The translations under genes and the position numbers were made by a program. Below, in pieces: positions 55,201-56,493 of a DNA stretch of 56,493 nt. Source of the DNA: a virus; the IMG/VR virus record IMGVR_UViG_3300038701_003149, positions 1 through 56,493 of that record. One strand, 5' to 3'. Numbering within the stretch: the stretch's first letter is position 1; the number at the start of each line of letters is the position of its first letter. The notes beneath the pieces were generated by a model. The model was given only the letters and a program-made list of their open reading frames with translations, was not told the DNA's origin and made no database searches.

Positions 55201-55401
55201 ATGTCAAAAGTACCTTTACATAAGATCGGAGAACAGAGAGTTCTTTCTTGTAAAGCTCCATCACCTTACAGATTCCAAGTAATGACCTATAGCCCTGACG
55301 GTTGGCTGGTATCCTCAATCGCCAATCCCCAAATGATTACCCAAGTCCGCAATGAAGACTATGACGAAGTTATGTCAATGGTCACGGTATCCGGGGAATA
55401 A
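55201..55401 (+). CDS. Hypothetical early protein (66 aa)
   Basis: ATG preceded by ggaataacacacc. Confidence 0.6.
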   Translation: MSKVPLHKIGEQRVLSCKAPSPYRFQVMTYSPDGWLVSSIANPQMITQVRNEDYDEVMSMVTVSGE

Positions 55402-55403
55402 TC

Positions 55404-56168
55404 ATGAAAGTATCTAAACTTAAAAGAAAAAAACATGATGAGGTTATGGATCTACTAAAACTAGATCGAGACCTCAACCAACATGAAGTATATCAATTTC
55501 ATGAGCACTTCCAAGAATCTCTACTATCAGATATCGGAGCGACTGGAACATTCTTTACACCAATGAATCTTTGCCGGGATTTCTCTTTAGAAACTCAGAA
55601 AGATGTAAAGACTATTGACCTATGCTCTGGTATCGGAGCTCTCACTCACCATGATTACTTTTACTCTGATGATAGAGAAGCCTTCACATGTGTTGAGCGC
55701 AATTATCGTTTTGTTGAGATCGGGAAAAAACTCTATCCTAAAGCGAATTGGATTTGTGGCGATGTTTTAGAAGTTAAGGGAAGATACAAACAATCAATAT
55801 CGAATCCTCCATTTGGTAAAATCATAGCCCGTACAGATTGGGAAGGTGATTACACTGGTTCAGACTTTGAATACAGAGTTATTGAGAAAGCTTCACAAAT
55901 ATCTGACTATGGTGTTTTCATCATCCCGCAAAACTCAACGCCATTCCGCTATTCAGGACAACAGATATACCAAGAAAAGATTGAAAAGAAATATCAAAAA
56001 TTCTTAGATGAAACTGGAATAGAGTTTGATTTCAATTGTGGGATTGATACGGCTGGAGCTGAATGGAAAAACACTAACATCATCACTGAGATAGTATGCG
56101 CAGATTTCCCGGCTGAAGAGATTCCTGAGGAAATATCCTCTCTTCCTCTATGGGAGGCCATGGCATGA
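55404..56168 (+). CDS. SAM-dependent N6-adenine/N4-cytosine-type DNA methyltransferase (NPPF motif)
   Basis: DLCSGIGAL (motif I) upstream of SNPPFGK (motif IV). Confidence 0.7.
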   Translation: MKVSKLKRKKHDEVMDLLKLDRDLNQHEVYQFHEHFQESLLSDIGATGTFFTPMNLCRDFSLETQKDVKTIDLCSGIGALTHHDYFYSDDREAFTCVERNYRFVEIGKKLYPKANWICGDVLEVKGRYKQSISNPPFGKIIARTDWEGDYTGSDFEYRVIEKASQISDYGVFIIPQNSTPFRYSGQQIYQEKIEKKYQKFLDETGIEFDFNCGIDTAGAEWKNTNIITEIVCADFPAEEIPEEISSLPLWEAMA

Positions 56169-56404
56169 ATCACAAGCCTGATATCAAAGTCGTCATCATC
56201 TCTAGAGGAGGATCAAGATTGGTTTCTGGAATTAAAAACCAAGATGGAGACAAAATTGAAGTCCAATTAACTGCTGGCGGTCAGCTCCTTCCTCAAAAAG
56301 TTTCCTTTGATATCAAAGACGCGGAAAAAACTCCCAATAGCTCCGATCGATGGAGCACACCAATCTATGTCCTGAAGGACAAAAAAGTACTGATAACTGA
56401 ATAA
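56165..56404 (+). CDS. Hypothetical early protein (79 aa); 3' end lies in the terminal repeat
   Basis: ATGA overlap with the methyltransferase stop. The last 38 nt are duplicated at 1-38. Confidence 0.55.
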   Translation: MNHKPDIKVVIISRGGSRLVSGIKNQDGDKIEVQLTAGGQLLPQKVSFDIKDAEKTPNSSDRWSTPIYVLKDKKVLITE

Positions 56405-56493
56405 GTCGAAACTCCCTGCTTGGGAGTCTGCCAGAACTGACCTACTGGCACTGATGAGACAGGTCAAGGAATAACACAAAGCGCCAAAGCTCT
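56367..56493 (+). repeat. Terminal direct repeat, copy 2
   Basis: Identical to 1..127. Confidence 0.95.

Larger units (their letters stand above)
1..56493. mobile_element. Complete temperate phage genome (circularly closed contig; short-tailed/podovirus-like gene set)
   Basis: Identical 127-bp ends. Integrase, repressor and attP present. TerS/TerL/portal/scaffold/capsid/tailspike genes present; no tube/sheath/tape-measure trio recognised. Confidence 0.85.

Overview
The window is a complete temperate phage genome of about 56.37 kb, assembled as a circle. Bases 1-127 are identical to 56367-56493, so the coordinate origin is arbitrary and the gene at 56165..56404 ends inside the repeat. The sequence is AT-rich (roughly mid-30s %GC by eye) and densely coded, with many ATGA/TAATG start-stop overlaps. 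Layout: (i) A rightward early operon runs 55201 -> wrap -> 2945 (small unknown proteins plus an NPPF-motif methyltransferase). (ii) An almost ORF-free stretch of about 1.2 kb (2946-4107) holds a candidate sRNA with its own promoter and terminator, and attP. attP is a 44-nt 3' fragment of tRNA-Arg(CCG) flanked by GGGCAC arm-type boxes. (iii) A leftward lysogeny module (2-TM protein, tyrosine integrase, HTH repressor) faces a Cro-like gene. (iv) A rightward recombination/replication module spans 7465-18742: SMC-like ATPase, Sak4-like AAA_24 ATPase, DUF669-like protein, SF2 helicase, PriCT-2 primase-helicase, RuvC-like resolvase, C5-cytosine methyltransferase. (v) A terminator-bounded leftward accessory island spans 18874-24059: a tandem GspG-like pseudopilin, a lipoprotein, and a shell-less Rhs-core/AHH nuclease toxin with an immunity candidate and a membrane-anchored transglutaminase-like partner. 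(vi) A leftward late operon runs 54698 -> 24137: TerS, TerL, portal, scaffold, N4-gp56-type major capsid, beta-helix tailspike, fibers, a 2,623-aa giant protein with HExxH motifs, DUF1353, and a spanin-like pair. I did not see a complete tRNA, rRNA, CRISPR array, DNA or RNA polymerase, a tube/sheath/tape-measure set, or a recognisable endolysin or holin. All family assignments come from motif recognition by eye, not from searches.
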